Shown: positions 21,685 to 29,908 of the stretch, one piece after another | Position numbering within the stretch: the first letter of the stretch is position 1 | How the letters are laid out: every line of letters starts with the position of its first letter | Assembly (NCBI GenBank): GCA_036493195.1 | Contig: DASXQD010000280.1 | Span: 1-45,731, forward strand | From: Gemmatimonadaceae bacterium | Lineage (GTDB): Bacteria > Gemmatimonadota > Gemmatimonadetes > Gemmatimonadales > Gemmatimonadaceae | Length of the DNA stretch: 45,731 nt | Direction of reading: 5' to 3' | Translations under genes and position numbers: made by a program | Notes under the pieces: generated by a model | Told to the model about the DNA's origin: nothing | The model's input: only the letters and a program-made list of their open reading frames with translations | The model's database searches: none

Positions 21685-24042
21685 TCAGGGCTCCATTCGA
21701 GGTGCGGCGACCCAGCGGTCGCCACCCTCCTCGATCTCGAGCGTGCGGCCATCAGTGCGGCACACGATCGACCCCTCGAGATCCGTGCGCATCACGGCGG
21801 CGCCCACCGCCGTGAGCGAGCGCAAGACGCTGGCGCTCGGATGGCCGTACATGTTCCCCGCCCCCACTGAGATGAGCGCGACGCGCGGTCGCACCTGCGC
21901 GAGAAAAGGATCCGTGCTGCTCGTATTGCTCCCGTGATGCCCGACCTTGAGCACATCGGCGCGAAGATCACTCCCGTATGCGCTTACGAGCCGCTCCTCT
22001 TCTCCTTTCTCCGCATCTCCCATCAGGAGCATCCGTACGATGCCGTACTCGGCCAGCACGACGACGCTTCCCGCGTTCGGGTCCTTGAGTCCGATCATCC
22101 ATGCGGAATCGGGCGCGAGCACGTGCAACCGCACGTCATCGACCACGAGCGAATCACCCGGATGCACGCGCGTCCAGACGACGTGCTGATCGCGCGCGGC
22201 GATGAGCGACGCGCGATACGGGGGACTGGTGCCCGCGTACGCGCCATCCCAGTACGCTGCCGGATGCAGTCCCGCGATCACGCTCGCGCCGCCGCCAACG
22301 TGGTCCGCATGCGGATGCGAGAGCACGAACAGGAGAACGTCGCCGCCCCGCCGGCGCAGATAGGGGATCACGGTGGAGCGCCCGGCATCGCCGCCGGTCC
22401 AGTCGCGACCCGCATCGAAGAGCAGCCAGCGACCAGCCGGTGTCCGAAGCGCGATCGCGTCGCCCTGACCGACGTCGATCATGTGCAGTTCCATCTTGCC
22501 GTGCTGCTCGGGCCACAGCGGGCGCCAGGCTGCAAGCGTGAGCGCGCCCAAGGCGATCATCAGCGCGCGTCCTGGTGCCCGGCTCACGCACGCCGTAAGC
22601 AACGCGATGCTCGCGGTCCCTGCGAGCACCGCAGTCTCGAGCGTGGGCGCCACGGTGAGCGCGGCGTACGGCACGCTCGCGCCAACCGTCGCGATCGCAT
22701 CCAGTGCGCGCAGCAGCGGATGACAGGCGTCTGCGAGCAGCACGCCGAGCGCACGAAACGGGGAGACGGCGACGGCGAGAAAAAGTGCGGGCTGCAGCAC
22801 GGCGACCACCGGCGTCGCGAGAATGTTCGTGATCGGGGCAACGAGGCTGATGCGACCGAACGTCCACGCCACGAGGGGCGCGCTCGCCACGCACGCTACG
22901 CACGACGTGAGGAGCGTGCGCGCGAGGGAGCCGCGCATACCCGTGAGCGATGCCGGGATGCATCGTTTTCCGAGCGCGCCGCTCGCCACGAGCGCGGCCA
23001 TGCCCAGCACGCTGAGCTGATAACCGAGATCGAGCACGGTGGCGGGGATCACGAGGGGAGCGGCGGCTCCGAGCGCGAGCGCCGCCCATGGCGACGTTGG
23101 ACGCTGCACGAGCCGGCAGATGGCGCGCACGCCGAGCATCACGCCGGAACGCACGGCCGGCGCGGGGAGCCCGATCACCGCGATGTACACCGCCGTGATC
23201 ACGAGCGTCGCGATGCTCGCCATCGCGGGGCGCAGTCGCGCCATGCGGCAGATCAGCTCAACGGCCATCGCGATGATCGCGACGTGCAGCCCAGAGATGG
23301 AGAGCATGTGCACGATTCCCGACACGGCGAAGCGGTCACGCACGGCGGGGTCGACGGCACGCTCGTCGGCGATGAGGAGTGCGCGCACGAGCGGCGCGTC
23401 GGCGCGAAAGAGCGTGTCGATGCGGGCGCCGATCGCGGCGCGCGCGACGAGCAGCGGGTCGTGCGCACCATCGCTCGAGATGCGCGCGTGCGCGAGCTTG
23501 AGTCCGCGCGCGGTGACGAACACGGTGCCGGCTATGGTGACGCGGTCGCCCGTGTCGGCGCGTCCCCGCTCGACGGACATCGAGGCCGGCATCGCGCACC
23601 CGGGCCAGCGCACCTGCGCGCGCACGTACGCACCCGGCGCCGCCGCATCCTCGAGCTGCGCACTCCACTGCGCGCGATGCGGTGCATCGGCGCGGCATCG
23701 CGCCTCCTGCGCGGCGCTCCAGAGCGCCATGCACGCGCCCGCGGTAAAGAGCGCACCGATCGCGGCGTGGGTACCACTGCGCCTGCCGCCCGCAATCGCC
23801 GCGTACACGATTCCGATCGGGACCGCGGCGGCCGGCGCGCCGAGAAAACCCGCAACGAGCCCCGCGGCGTAAATGAGCACGGCGATCGCGATGAGCGGCA
23901 CCGCCCACGATCGCGAACGCACGCGCGCTGCGCCCCATCGGGGTGATGCGACTACAGGCGCGCCAGCGCGAAGCCAGCGCGAAGCCGGTGCGAGATTAGT
24001 GCGGCGGGTGGCGCGGGTTGGCGGAGACGCGCTGGATCGCAT
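21685..24042 (-). CDS. comEC: DNA internalisation-related competence protein ComEC/Rec2 with metallo-beta-lactamase domain
   Basis: 785 aa. Polytopic membrane core (SGIVHMLSISGLHV competence motif) and C-terminal MBL domain (DVGQGDA, LSHPHADHVGG, VGHHGS). Start uncertain: ATG 24042 lies 47 nt inside comFB, and a GTG at 23922 is an alternative. Confidence 0.85.
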   Translation of the reverse strand: MRSSASPPTRATRRTNLAPASRWLRAGAPVVASPRWGAARVRSRSWAVPLIAIAVLIYAAGLVAGFLGAPAAAVPIGIVYAAIAGGRRSGTHAAIGALFTAGACMALWSAAQEARCRADAPHRAQWSAQLEDAAAPGAYVRAQVRWPGCAMPASMSVERGRADTGDRVTIAGTVFVTARGLKLAHARISSDGAHDPLLVARAAIGARIDTLFRADAPLVRALLIADERAVDPAVRDRFAVSGIVHMLSISGLHVAIIAMAVELICRMARLRPAMASIATLVITAVYIAVIGLPAPAVRSGVMLGVRAICRLVQRPTSPWAALALGAAAPLVIPATVLDLGYQLSVLGMAALVASGALGKRCIPASLTGMRGSLARTLLTSCVACVASAPLVAWTFGRISLVAPITNILATPVVAVLQPALFLAVAVSPFRALGVLLADACHPLLRALDAIATVGASVPYAALTVAPTLETAVLAGTASIALLTACVSRAPGRALMIALGALTLAAWRPLWPEQHGKMELHMIDVGQGDAIALRTPAGRWLLFDAGRDWTGGDAGRSTVIPYLRRRGGDVLLFVLSHPHADHVGGGASVIAGLHPAAYWDGAYAGTSPPYRASLIAARDQHVVWTRVHPGDSLVVDDVRLHVLAPDSAWMIGLKDPNAGSVVVLAEYGIVRMLLMGDAEKGEEERLVSAYGSDLRADVLKVGHHGSNTSSTDPFLAQVRPRVALISVGAGNMYGHPSASVLRSLTAVGAAVMRTDLEGSIVCRTDGRTLEIEEGGDRWVAAPRMEP

Positions 24043-24265
24043 CCAGCACGATCACCGCGAGCTGCGCGCGCGTCTGATCCTTTTGCAGGTCGAGCGCGAT
24101 CAGCGCCATTCCGGTATCCGTGCCGCCGCTGTACCGGGGACGCGTCTTGTTCAGCACGTACGCGAGCGCGTCCTCCTTGCAGCTGGCGCAGGCGCAGATC
24201 GACGGCATCTTCGCCACCAGATCGTCGTAGATCCCAACAACCGTGTCCTCGAGGAGATTTTTCAT
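23996..24265 (-). CDS. comFB: ComFB-family (late competence development) protein
   Basis: 89 aa from the ATG at 24265 (ATGA overlap with the miaB stop). CACASCKEDALAYVLNKTRPRY matches the C.C..C..D..A..LN...P.Y signature of ComFB. The rest of the 282-aa ORF is out-of-frame overlap with miaB. Confidence 0.75.
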   Translation of the reverse strand: MKNLLEDTVVGIYDDLVAKMPSICACASCKEDALAYVLNKTRPRYSGGTDTGMALIALDLQKDQTRAQLAVIVLDAIQRVSANPRHPPH

Positions 24266-25602
24266 CCGGCCAGCGGCAGCGCCGCGCGCGTCGGAACAAC
24301 GGCACCGGTGAAGGTCGAGCCCGTGGTGCCCGTGAGCTCGACAGTGACGTAGCGGCCGATCATCGAGTCGTCGCCCGGAATGAGCACCGTGCGGTGGTGC
24401 CGTGTGCGTGCCTGGAGCAGCGTCCCGCGTCGCGAGAGCTTCTCGACGAGCACCTCGTGACGCGTGCCGAGCATGCCGAGATTGATCGCGCGCGTGCCCG
24501 CGCGCACGGTCGCTATGAGCCGCTCGAGCCGCTCGCTCGCCACTTCGTCGGAGATCGTCCAGGACTCGGGCAGGCGTGTGGCCGGCGTGCCTTCTCGCGC
24601 GGAGAACTTGAAGGTGTACGCGTCGTCGAAGCCGGTCTCGCTCACCATGTCGAGCGTCTCCGCGAACTCTTCCTCGGTTTCGCCGGGGAATCCGACGATG
24701 ATGTCGGTCGTGAGCGCGAGGCCGGGAATGGCGGCACGCAGGCGCGCCACGCACTCGCGGTACTCCTCGCGCGTGTAGCGGCGCAGCATGCGCTTGAGCG
24801 TGGTCGAGGATCCGGACTGCATGGGCAGATGCACGTGCTCGCACACGGCGCCCGTGGTGGCCATTGCCTCGATGACGCGAGCCGAGAAGTCGTTCGGATG
24901 CGGGCTCGTGAATCGAAGCCGGCGCACACCCGGTACCGATCCCACCGCGCGCAGCAGATCGGCGAAATCGTGCGTGCCATCGTTGTACGAGTTCACGGTC
25001 TGGCCGAGCAGCGTGATCTCGGTGATCCCGTCCGCAGCGGTCTCGCGCGCCTCACGCACGACATCCGAGAGCGCGCGGCTGCGCTCGGGCCCGCGCGTGG
25101 TGGGCACGATGCAATAGGTGCATCGGTAATCGCAGCCGCGCTGCACGGGAATCCACGCAGTCACCCCGTCCAGTCTGCGCGCGCGAAAATCCTCGTAATG
25201 CTCTTCCAGATCGAAGTCGACCTTCGCGAGGCGCTCCCCATGCCGTGCGCTCTCGATCAGCGACGGCAGCGCGCGATAACCATCGGGACCGATCACGAGG
25301 TCGACATGCTTCGCGCGATCGAGCAGCCGCGGCCCGAGGCGCTGCGCCATGCATCCGGTCACGCCGAGCACTGTGCTCGCCTTCATGTGTCGCTTGAGCT
25401 CACCGATCCTGCCCAGCACGCGCTGCTCCGCGTGATCGCGAATCGCGCACGTGTTGACGAGAATGACATCGGCGCCCTCCGGTCCGCTCACCGCACGATA
25501 GCCGTATTCCGCGAGGCGACCGAGCATCAACTCGGAGTCGCTCGCGTTCATCTGGCAGCCGTACGTCTCGATATAGACGGTGGGGGACAACTCGCTCGTC
25601 AT
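24262..25602 (-). CDS. miaB: tRNA-2-methylthio-N6-dimethylallyladenosine synthase (radical SAM methylthiotransferase)
   Basis: VYIETYGCQMN (UPF0004 domain), radical-SAM CDYRCTYCIVP, C-terminal TRAM domain. I prefer the ATG at 25602. The ORF track extends to a TTG at 25653 through the tandem repeat. Confidence 0.93.
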   Translation of the reverse strand: MTSELSPTVYIETYGCQMNASDSELMLGRLAEYGYRAVSGPEGADVILVNTCAIRDHAEQRVLGRIGELKRHMKASTVLGVTGCMAQRLGPRLLDRAKHVDLVIGPDGYRALPSLIESARHGERLAKVDFDLEEHYEDFRARRLDGVTAWIPVQRGCDYRCTYCIVPTTRGPERSRALSDVVREARETAADGITEITLLGQTVNSYNDGTHDFADLLRAVGSVPGVRRLRFTSPHPNDFSARVIEAMATTGAVCEHVHLPMQSGSSTTLKRMLRRYTREEYRECVARLRAAIPGLALTTDIIVGFPGETEEEFAETLDMVSETGFDDAYTFKFSAREGTPATRLPESWTISDEVASERLERLIATVRAGTRAINLGMLGTRHEVLVEKLSRRGTLLQARTRHHRTVLIPGDDSMIGRYVTVELTGTTGSTFTGAVVPTRAALPLAG

Positions 25603-25610
25603 GATGCTCT

Positions 25611-25646
25611 GCGTGTGGGCCAGCGTGTGGGCCAGCGTGTGAGCCA
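25611..25646. repeat. 3 x 12-nt direct tandem repeat (plus strand gcgtgtgggcca, gcgtgtgggcca, gcgtgtgagcca)
   Basis: Read directly from the sequence in the 57-nt spacer between the REC-HK stop (25660) and the miaB ATG (25602). Two copies are identical and the third has one G-to-A change. Confidence 0.9.
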
Positions 25647-25659
25647 AATCCAAAGCTAA

Positions 25660-26835
25660 CTACGCACCGTGCGCCGCCGCCAACGCGGATGCCGGCGGGT
25701 GCACCGGAAGCGCGATGTGGAACTGGCTGCCGTTCCCCTCCGTGCTGCGCACCCAGATTCGGCCGCCATGGACTTCCACGGCCAGCTTGCAGAATGCTAG
25801 GCCCAGCCCCGAGCTCCGCACCCGCGGCACTTCGGGCTGCTTGGCGCGCTCGAACTTGCGGAAGATCAGCTCGTGATACTCCGGCGGAATTCCCGGTCCG
25901 TTGTCCGCCACCGTGAACAGCATGCCGCCCGTGGCGGTGTCGCGATGCGCCAGAATCGTGATCTCGACGCCGTTGCGCGTATGCGTCAGCGCGTTCTGGA
26001 TGAGGTTCGCGAACACGCGCTTGAGCAGCCCCTTGTCCGCGTTGATCACCGGCGCGTCCTCCGCAACATCCACGAACACTCTTGCGCCCTCCTGCTGGAA
26101 GCGCACATCCCATTCGTGCACGATCTCGGCGACGAACGCGCCGGGCGCGATCGGCGAGAGGTCGAGATCGATCGCGTTCTCCTCGATGCGCGCGACCTCG
26201 AGCAAATCGCCGATCAGACCGAGCAGATCCTCAGCCTTCGACTCCGCATCGCCGAGCACGCGACGCTGGGTCTCGCTCACGGTTCCGAAGTCTCCATCGA
26301 GGGCCATCTCGAGCGATGCGAGCACGGAGGTGAGCGGTGTCTTCAGGTCGTGCACGATCATCTTCATGAGATCGTCGCGCACCTTCTCGAGCTCCCGGAG
26401 CTTTCGATAGCTGTCGTCGAGCGCGTCGGTCGCGAACTTGAGGCGGAGCAGCGAGCGCACGCGCGCGCTCAGGATCTGGCGATTGTGCGGCTTCGTGAGA
26501 AAATCATCGCCGCCCGCCTCGATGGCCTTCACGCGATCGGTCGTGTCATTGAGCGCCGTCACGAAGATCACGGGGATTCGCTCGGTGCGCGGATCGCGCT
26601 TGAGCCGGCGGCACACCTCGAACCCCGTGGAGCGGTCGTCGACGCGAAGCGCACCCGCGGGCATCGCGACGTCGAGAATGCAGAGATCGGGCTTGTGCTC
26701 GAAGCACATCTCGACGGCGCTGGGTCCATCGCTCGCCGAGATGACGCGATAGCCGAGCATGGAGAGCTGATCGTACAACAGCTCGACGTTGGCGGCAACG
26801 TCGTCCGCTACGAGAATGAGCGGAACGTGCGTCAC
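25660..26835 (-). CDS. Hybrid response-regulator receiver / histidine kinase (REC-HisKA-HATPase_c), no sensor or TM domain
   Basis: 391 aa. REC: LILVADDV, DLCILDVAMP, FLTKP. HisKA: MIVHDLKTPLTSV. HATPase: NLIQNALTHT, DNGPGIP, GLGLAFCK. GTG start 13 nt after the upstream gene. Confidence 0.88.
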   Translation of the reverse strand: MTHVPLILVADDVAANVELLYDQLSMLGYRVISASDGPSAVEMCFEHKPDLCILDVAMPAGALRVDDRSTGFEVCRRLKRDPRTERIPVIFVTALNDTTDRVKAIEAGGDDFLTKPHNRQILSARVRSLLRLKFATDALDDSYRKLRELEKVRDDLMKMIVHDLKTPLTSVLASLEMALDGDFGTVSETQRRVLGDAESKAEDLLGLIGDLLEVARIEENAIDLDLSPIAPGAFVAEIVHEWDVRFQQEGARVFVDVAEDAPVINADKGLLKRVFANLIQNALTHTRNGVEITILAHRDTATGGMLFTVADNGPGIPPEYHELIFRKFERAKQPEVPRVRSSGLGLAFCKLAVEVHGGRIWVRSTEGNGSQFHIALPVHPPASALAAAHGA

Positions 26836-26848
26836 GCCACTCTTTGCG

Positions 26849-27979
26849 TCACGGACGCAGGAAGAATCCGGCGCTCAGAATCCATGCGTGCTCCGACACG
26901 TCGGCGAGACTCGACGAGCGATTCGCTCGCGTGAGGGAGAAATCGACGCGCGAGCGGCCGCGCGACACCGGAATCCCGAGGCCGAGACTGTAGTCCGTCT
27001 CGTGCACGTTTACCGTGTTCACCTCGAACGGCAGAATGCGATGCCGGTATCCCAGGCGCAGCGGGAATTCCTGCCCGAACAGGCTCGGCGCTCGCACCTC
27101 CGCGCCCACGCCCCAGTCCCATCCGTCGACTGCCTTGACGTCCGATTCGGCGAGCCCGTTGAGTGCCGACCAGCCATGCCACTCCGCATTCGCCGAGAGC
27201 AGCAGTCCCGAGATGCCTCCGAAGACAGTCCCAAAGCCGAATCGCTTCGGCACGCGCGCGCTGCTCAGCGTGGTGTCGTTTCGGAATGCGTGCATCGTGC
27301 CGCCCGCATCGCCCGAGACGCCCAGCGACAAGTCGGGCACGGGGCGCCAGTCGATGCCGCCGGTGAGCGAGTGTCCGGTGTAGCTGAGCGTCGATGCCTG
27401 GGAGAAGAGTGCAAAGCTCGTGTCCGCGAACGTGCGCGCGATCAGCAGACGATTCTCTCCCGTGAGCACGTGCCCGGCGATGCCGATGCTGAGCGACGGC
27501 AGCACCAGAAACGATCCGGCCAGGCGAACGTCGTTGATCGCGCCATCGGTGGAGAAGCTCTCGTTGTAGAGCGAGCTGTCCCCACCCGCGAAGTGCGCGT
27601 ACGCGGTGCTCGACGTCTGCCACGTACGGTCGAGAAAGGTCGTCGACGAGATTCCGACCGTGACGCGAGGTCCGACGTTGAGCGCGCCGGCGAGCAGCGG
27701 AAAGCGCGCGGTGGTCGTGTTGTCGGACACGCCGTTCGCCTGCACGTGGCGGAATTCGGGATCGTACTGGAAGTAGAAGCCGGGGCGGCCCCACGTCACG
27801 AGCGCGGCGGGGTTGATCGGCGAAAGCGGATCGTTCTCCGCAATCGAGCCGCCCACGCCCTCGGCGTGCGTCGAAAGTCCCCCGGCGGGGTAGCCGAAGC
27901 CCTGGGTGCTCAGCGTGCCCTGGGCGGCAGCGGATGTCACGAAGATCGCGCAGAGAACGAGCGTACGAAGCGTTCGCAT
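26849..27979 (-). CDS. FadL/PorV-like outer-membrane beta-barrel protein (hypothetical)
   Basis: 376 aa. Signal peptide (LVLCAIFVTSAAAQG). N-terminal GFGYPAGGLSTHAEGVGGSIAENDPLSPINPAAL resembles the G.G....MGGA..A...D....NPA.L motif of FadL/PorV/UPF0164 barrels. Alternating beta pattern, C-terminal FFLRP. Its ATG overlaps the lipoprotein stop by 1 nt. Confidence 0.6.
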   Translation of the reverse strand: MRTLRTLVLCAIFVTSAAAQGTLSTQGFGYPAGGLSTHAEGVGGSIAENDPLSPINPAALVTWGRPGFYFQYDPEFRHVQANGVSDNTTTARFPLLAGALNVGPRVTVGISSTTFLDRTWQTSSTAYAHFAGGDSSLYNESFSTDGAINDVRLAGSFLVLPSLSIGIAGHVLTGENRLLIARTFADTSFALFSQASTLSYTGHSLTGGIDWRPVPDLSLGVSGDAGGTMHAFRNDTTLSSARVPKRFGFGTVFGGISGLLLSANAEWHGWSALNGLAESDVKAVDGWDWGVGAEVRAPSLFGQEFPLRLGYRHRILPFEVNTVNVHETDYSLGLGIPVSRGRSRVDFSLTRANRSSSLADVSEHAWILSAGFFLRP

Positions 27980-29334
27980 TACGGGAGTCCGAACCCGCTG
28001 CGCGGGATGTAGGTCAGATGCAATCGCGGCCGGAGCGAATCCGTCTGCGCACTGTTGGGATAGAGCAGAAAGCGCCGGGCGTCACGTCCTTCGCCGGATG
28101 ATTGCAGCACGATCGCCCGCTGCATGAGGCGCGGTCCCTCCGCGCGCCAGAGCGTCACGATGTTCGCGGTTTTCGACACGAGCACGAGCGTGTCGACGCG
28201 CGTCTCACTCGGATTCATGCGCACGGAGAGCAGCGGCACGGTCGTCGGATCCGCGAGCAGGAGCGCCGACTTCGAGACGTCCGTCACGATCGGGGAGGCG
28301 ACCACGACACGCGGCGTCAGCGAAATGGAGTCGACGCGCGCGAAGGTCGGGTCTCCCTGCTGATGCAGCAGCAGCGTGGCGCGAACGATCGTCGTCGACG
28401 AATCGATCAGCGCTCCCGGCAGCGTGAATCGCAGGTAGAGTCGACTCGAGGGCAATCCGCCAACGGCAACGACGTTGGATGGCGTCGGCGGCGATCCCTT
28501 GAGAACGAGCTGGTAGTTCGCGAGGTACTTGAACTCGGGGCCTCCGGATGACTTCGAGGCCGAGTAGTTCACGAGAGTGAGTGAGTCCGTCGCTGGCGCA
28601 GCCGCGTGGCCTTCGTACTGCAGACTCGGGCCCGTCTGCGTGCCGGTGGCACTGCTCGTCGACGTGATCGGGGTGATTCCGACCTGCGCGTTGCCGGTGG
28701 TACCGTGCCCGTAGCTGAACAGCCGAACACCAAGTCGAATACGCGTGCCCGTGGTGACGTGCTGGCGGATGAACGCCGTATCGAGCGGTACCACGTGCAG
28801 CGTCGCGACGGAATCCTTCTTGACGTTCAACGTGCCGAGCGCCGGACGGCTCAGGAACAGCTGATGAATCGTCGCGGTATCGAGATCCGGCACGTTGGCA
28901 TCGACGTCGATTACCTCGAAGCGCACGGAGTCGCGAATCATCGAGGTGTCCGGCGTGGACGTGAACTGCAGCGAGGCCGAAGTCACGCTGGCCACGGGGA
29001 CGAATGGTGCGGTGGTATCGGTGCGCGGGAAATTGCGTTGCAGCGAGTCATAGCGCAGAACAGCGCCGGACACGATGCTGTCGCCCTGCGCATCCGCGTA
29101 GCGGGCCACGAGCAGGTTCGTCTCGGTGCCGAGCGGCGGCATCCCGTTCACGACCACTGTGGTATCGAACACCTGATCGGCGACCAGCACCGTGTCGTGC
29201 ACCTCGAGCTGCTGCCCGGGACAGAGCGTCGGGCAGGCAGCCCCCCCGGCGAGGTCCTCCTTGCATGCGCCAAGCGCGAGGAGGGCCAGGCCGAAGAGCG
29301 GGAGCAGTCGGTGCCGTGCGCGAAACACAATCAT
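27979..29334 (-). CDS. Hypothetical lipoprotein
   Basis: 451 aa. Lipobox LLALGAC. Thr/Ser/Val-rich beta-type sequence. SRLYLRFTLPGALIDSSTTIVRATLLLHQ resembles beta-sandwich modules of the DNRLRE/DUF4270 type (weak, from memory only). ATGA overlap with the cdd stop. Confidence 0.6.
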   Translation of the reverse strand: MIVFRARHRLLPLFGLALLALGACKEDLAGGAACPTLCPGQQLEVHDTVLVADQVFDTTVVVNGMPPLGTETNLLVARYADAQGDSIVSGAVLRYDSLQRNFPRTDTTAPFVPVASVTSASLQFTSTPDTSMIRDSVRFEVIDVDANVPDLDTATIHQLFLSRPALGTLNVKKDSVATLHVVPLDTAFIRQHVTTGTRIRLGVRLFSYGHGTTGNAQVGITPITSTSSATGTQTGPSLQYEGHAAAPATDSLTLVNYSASKSSGGPEFKYLANYQLVLKGSPPTPSNVVAVGGLPSSRLYLRFTLPGALIDSSTTIVRATLLLHQQGDPTFARVDSISLTPRVVVASPIVTDVSKSALLLADPTTVPLLSVRMNPSETRVDTLVLVSKTANIVTLWRAEGPRLMQRAIVLQSSGEGRDARRFLLYPNSAQTDSLRPRLHLTYIPRSGFGLP

Positions 29335-29741
29335 GAGGGAGGAAAAGAATTCGAAGTGAAGGGCGCCGGGAGCAGCTGGTCGAGCGACCAGTGCGACTCT
29401 GCGCCAGCAGTCGTGCAGCTGGTGATCTCGAGCGACGGCGCAAACTCCGCGAGCACCTGCCGGCAGACCCCGCAGGGTGTGAACGGCGCGGAGCCCTCGG
29501 TGGCGATCACGAGCGCCGTGAAGTTGCGCTCTCCGTGCGCGATCGCCGACAGAACTGCAGCCCGCTCCGCGCAGATCGTCGCGCCGAAGGACGCGTTCTC
29601 CACGTTGCAGCCCGTGAACGTTCGTCCCCCGGCAGTCGCGAGCGCGGCTCCCACACGAAGATGCGAATAGGGAGCATACGCCCGTGTCATCACCGAAAGC
29701 GCGGCGGCACGGAGAGCATCCTTGAGCGCCGCATCGGTCAT
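29331..29741 (-). CDS. cdd: Cytidine deaminase (homotetrameric type)
   Basis: 136 aa from the ATG at 29741. YAPYS, GCNVENASF, CAERAA, PCGVCRQ zinc-ligand motifs. The 57-codon upstream in-frame extension has much lower third-position GC and is judged non-coding. Confidence 0.9.
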   Translation of the reverse strand: MTDAALKDALRAAALSVMTRAYAPYSHLRVGAALATAGGRTFTGCNVENASFGATICAERAAVLSAIAHGERNFTALVIATEGSAPFTPCGVCRQVLAEFAPSLEITSCTTAGAESHWSLDQLLPAPFTSNSFPPS

Positions 29742-29836
29742 TCGGCCGTGAGAAAGCGCAGGTCGTCCTCGGGAAGTATCTGGTCGATGTCCGAAATGCC
29801 GGCCACCCAAGGTGTCCGAACCCACATTGAACCCCG

Positions 29837-29863
29837 CAGTTGCGGTTCCGTGCCCCGCAACTG
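29837..29863 (-). promoter_or_regulatory. Strong hairpin (9-bp stem cagttgcgg/ccgcaactg, 9-nt loop) in the alr-cdd spacer
   Basis: Perfect inverted repeat read from the sequence, about 46 nt downstream of the alr stop on the transcribed strand. No U-tract, so terminator versus leader element is unresolved. Confidence 0.3.
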
Positions 29864-29908
29864 GCACAAAGGTACTAGGATGGCGGACTGGAGCCCACCA
29901 TTGACCGC

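Noticed and set aside
25611-25646. A tandem 12-mer array considered as a mini-CRISPR or as the coding start of miaB (TTG 25653, LAHTLAHTLAHT)
   Set aside because: The repeats are contiguous with no spacers, so it is not CRISPR. The TTG-initiated extension is not part of the MiaB family N-terminus, which begins near VYIETYGCQMN. The ATG at 25602 is preferred.
29805-29835. A tRNA-like GGGTTCGGACACC segment (T-loop resemblance) in the alr-cdd spacer
   Set aside because: There is no 5-bp T-stem flanking the GTTCGGA loop, and no acceptor, D or anticodon arms can be drawn. No tRNA-like cloverleaf was found anywhere in the window.
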